64,000 nucleotides of DNA from Pseudomonadota bacterium (GTDB lineage Bacteria > Desulfobacterota > Syntrophia > Syntrophales > UBA8958), in NCBI GenBank assembly GCA_030057915.1, contig JASGUC010000003.1, positions 102,086-166,085 of the forward strand, given 5' to 3'. The stretch's first letter is position 1; each line of letters begins with the position of its first letter. The notes beneath the pieces were generated by a model that saw only the letters and a program-made list of their open reading frames with translations, ran no database searches and had not been told where the DNA came from. Made by a program: the position numbers and the translations under genes. Shown here one piece after another: positions 63,231 through 64,000 of the stretch.

Positions 63231-64000
63231 TCATCCGCCGCAGGCGTCCAGGGCGGCGATACCGGGGAGGACCTTGCCCTCCAGGAGTTCCAGAAAGGCC
63301 CCGCCGCCGGTGGAGATATAGGTTATCTTGTCGCTTTCCCCCGTCTTGTGGACCGCCACGTCGGTGTCGCCGCCGCCGACGATGGTCATGGCGTAGGAAT
63401 TGGCGATGCTGTGCACCATAGCCGCCGTGCCCCGTCCGAAGGCATCGATCTCGAAAACCCCCATGGGTCCGTTCCAGACGATAGTCTTGGCGTTGCCCAG
63501 GGCCTCGGTGAACAGGGTGATGGTAGCCGGGCCGATATCCAGCCCCATCCACTTGCTGTTCATCTCCTGGACGGGGACGATCTTCGTCTCCGCCTGGGCG
63601 CTCATCTCCTCGGCCATGACGCAGTCCACGGGAAGATATAATTTTACCCCCAGGGCCCGGGCCGTCTCCATGACCTCCCGGGCCTTGGGCATCAGGTCTT
63701 CCTCCACCAGGGATTTGCCTACCTCATGGCCCAGGGCCTTCAGAAAGGTGAAGGCCATGCCGCCGCCGATGATCATCTTGTCCACCTTGCGGATGAGATT
63801 GACCAGGGCCTCCAGCTTGCCGGACACCTTGGAGCCCCCGATGATGGCCACAAAGGGCCGGGCCGGTTTTTCCAGGCATTTCTGGAAGTAGTTGACCTCC
63901 CTTTTCATGAGGAAGCCACCGCCGCATTCCTTGACGAACTTGGTTATCGCCACGTTGGAGGCATGGGCCCGGTGGGCGTTTCCGAAGGCGTCGTCGATGT
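63231..64000 (-). CDS. pgk: phosphoglycerate kinase (5' end beyond window)
   Basis: C-terminal two-thirds of Pgk ([28 protein letters not shown]). The frame stays open upstream of the annotated Met through ..[16 protein letters not shown].. to the window edge. Confidence 0.9.
   Translation of the reverse strand, partial: IDDAFGNAHRAHASNVAITKFVKECGGGFLMKREVNYFQKCLEKPARPFVAIIGGSKVSGKLEALVNLIRKVDKMIIGGGMAFTFLKALGHEVGKSLVEEDLMPKAREVMETARALGVKLYLPVDCVMAEEMSAQAETKIVPVQEMNSKWMGLDIGPATITLFTEALGNAKTIVWNGPMGVFEIDAFGRGTAAMVHSIANSYAMTIVGGGDTDVAVHKTGESDKITYISTGGGAFLELLEGKVLPGIAALDACGG

Overview
High-GC (about 65% by eye) bacterial chromosomal window. The gene content looks like an anaerobic, deltaproteobacterium-like, possibly syntrophic or fatty/aromatic-acid-degrading organism; this taxonomic guess is inference only. 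About 50 protein-coding genes are supportable. Housekeeping genes: valS, mutL, miaA, truA, pgk (runs off the 3' edge), nadC, birA, coaX, coaE, trxA, bamD, pcnB, rfbD, mobA. Acyl-CoA and electron-transfer metabolism: fixC-fixX-acd-etfB-etfA, a FadH/OYE-type enoate reductase, paaK with an ACT-domain gene, and a second divergent ACAD. Also present: two separate MoxR-AAA+/VWA gene pairs, an SbcD/YhaN-type nuclease-ATPase pair, trkH-trkA, ccdA plus a TlpA-like thioredoxin, a methyltransferase/YdjC/glycosyltransferase cluster, a Cam-type gamma carbonic anhydrase, and several lipoproteins including a 917-aa DUF799-FN3-beta-helix protein. I saw no rRNA, tRNA, CRISPR array, transposase or integrase. 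The main non-genic signal is a family of about 130-bp MITE-like elements with conserved terminal inverted repeats (GAGACCTTTGAAAA...TTTTCAAAGGTCTC). Several copies have 5-bp flanking duplications. There are at least 14 copies in three or more subfamilies, all intergenic and sometimes in arrays. Other points worth a second look: a four-copy 27-bp palindrome array upstream of acd-etfBA, with a related site upstream of fixC; a 35%-GC inverted-repeat insertion upstream of an oxalate/formate-type MFS transporter; a low-GC trkHA island; a small tandem-duplicated 4-Cys protein; and a MarR / catalytic-motif-less ACAD / MoxR / VWA operon. Many long ORFs in the supplied track are antisense or off-frame shadows typical of high-GC DNA and were rejected. 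All calls come from reading the sequence and remembering family motifs. No alignments or searches were run.
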